Assembly (NCBI RefSeq): GCF_006345805.1
Contig: NC_043006.1
Location: 86,986,001-87,050,000, forward strand
Direction: 5' to 3'
Source of the DNA: Octopus sinensis
Taxonomy: Eukaryota
DNA length: 64,000 nt
Part shown: piece by piece, positions 63,090-64,000 of the stretch
Numbering within the stretch: the stretch's first letter is position 1
How the letters are laid out: each line of letters opens with the position of its first letter
The notes under the pieces: generated by a model
Database searches by the model: none
The model's input: the letters and a program-made list of their open reading frames with translations, nothing else
Told to the model about the DNA's origin: nothing
Position numbers and translations under genes: made by a program

Positions 63090-64000
63090 TGTGATCTATT
63101 TGCCTGAAAACTGTTGTACGTTGAGGTACCTGTGTACTATATTTGGGCGCACAGTAGATGGAACAGATGCAAGCAAGAAGCATGCATTGTGGGCTGTGAA
63201 GAACATGCAGTCTTCAGAAGCGGGGCCATTGGTAGGTGTACACTGTGCACCCTAATCAGCAGGAGTGCTTCTTTTTGCGTCTACTGCTGCACACTGTCAG
63301 ACCTTCGAAGACACGATTAAGAAGTCTGCACCATACATGGGCTACTGGATGATGATGCTCACTAGGACCAGACCCTGGAGGAGGTATTAGTCAGCAGAGC
63401 ACCAAGTCAACTGCACCTGCAATTTTCTACCATGTTGATGACATGTAGCTTGGGTGAACCTCTCAAGCTTGGGAAAACCACAAAACCAGCATGGCAGAGG
63501 ATATCCTACAAAGGATTCAAAGGCAAGCCTCAGTGGAAACAGCCATGTTCAATAACACCTATTTACAATGAGGCATTAGTTGACCTGGACACCCATGTGC
63601 AAGCTATGGGAGGTCAAGGCATTGCCACATTTGGTCTGCCTCACCCAAGCAGTCAGCAAATGATTTCACAATTGAGTATCTGTGAGAAATCAGCTATGAT
63701 ATTGAGGAAATGATGGTGTATACAGATGATAATGAGCACGAACTGTTTGAGGACCAACTGGATGTTTATAAGGCAATTATTTCGAACATTGAAAGTGAAA
63801 GAAGAGGTCTTTTCTTTCTGGATGCTCCAAGTGGAACTGGCAAGACATTTGTCATTAACCTTCTTCTGGCCAAACTGCGCAAAATGAAACATGTTATAAT
63901 AGCAGTGGTGTCAATTTGAATAGCTACAACTCTGCTAAGTGGTGGTCGCACAGCTCATTCCTGTTTCAGACTTCCTTTGGACCTGTCCAAGAAAGAGAAG
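63090..64000 (+). pseudogene. Helitron Rep/PIF1-like helicase remnant, continuing past the window end
   Basis: LLYVEVPVYYIW, VYTVHPNQQECFFLRLLLH, FFLDAPSGTGKTFVINLLL (Walker A), then an in-frame TGA at 63917-63919 followed by IATTLLSGGRTAHSCFRLPL. Confidence 0.92.

Overview
An AT-rich eukaryotic window very dense in microsatellites. Its SINE/LINE/Penelope repertoire looks cephalopod, most likely Octopus (inference from recalled repeat families, not a database result). I recognise no intact host gene, and nearly all ORFs in the track are microsatellite translations. The window is mostly decayed mobile DNA: several Tc1/mariner copies (one full-length, 24348-25667), a Tigger/pogo transposase remnant and two pogo-like MITEs, a hAT/Charlie MITE, R4/Dong-like, Tx1/L1-like, RTE-like, CR1-like and Penelope-like retroelement fragments, a Helitron Rep/helicase pseudogene running off the right edge, and at least three tRNA-derived SINE families (several with clear TSDs). 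Best leads: (1) hammerhead-ribozyme-like motifs in Penelope-type termini, one with all catalytic-core nucleotides intact (60956-61030, minus); (2) a modular retroposon of variable-number 62-bp and 29-bp units fused to an RTE-type tail (596-1815, 35477-35943, older relative 5863-6350); (3) several long hairpins (20630-20705, 57116-57331, 16523-16847); (4) a possible 3' end of an unrecognised minus-strand gene at about 5003-5810.
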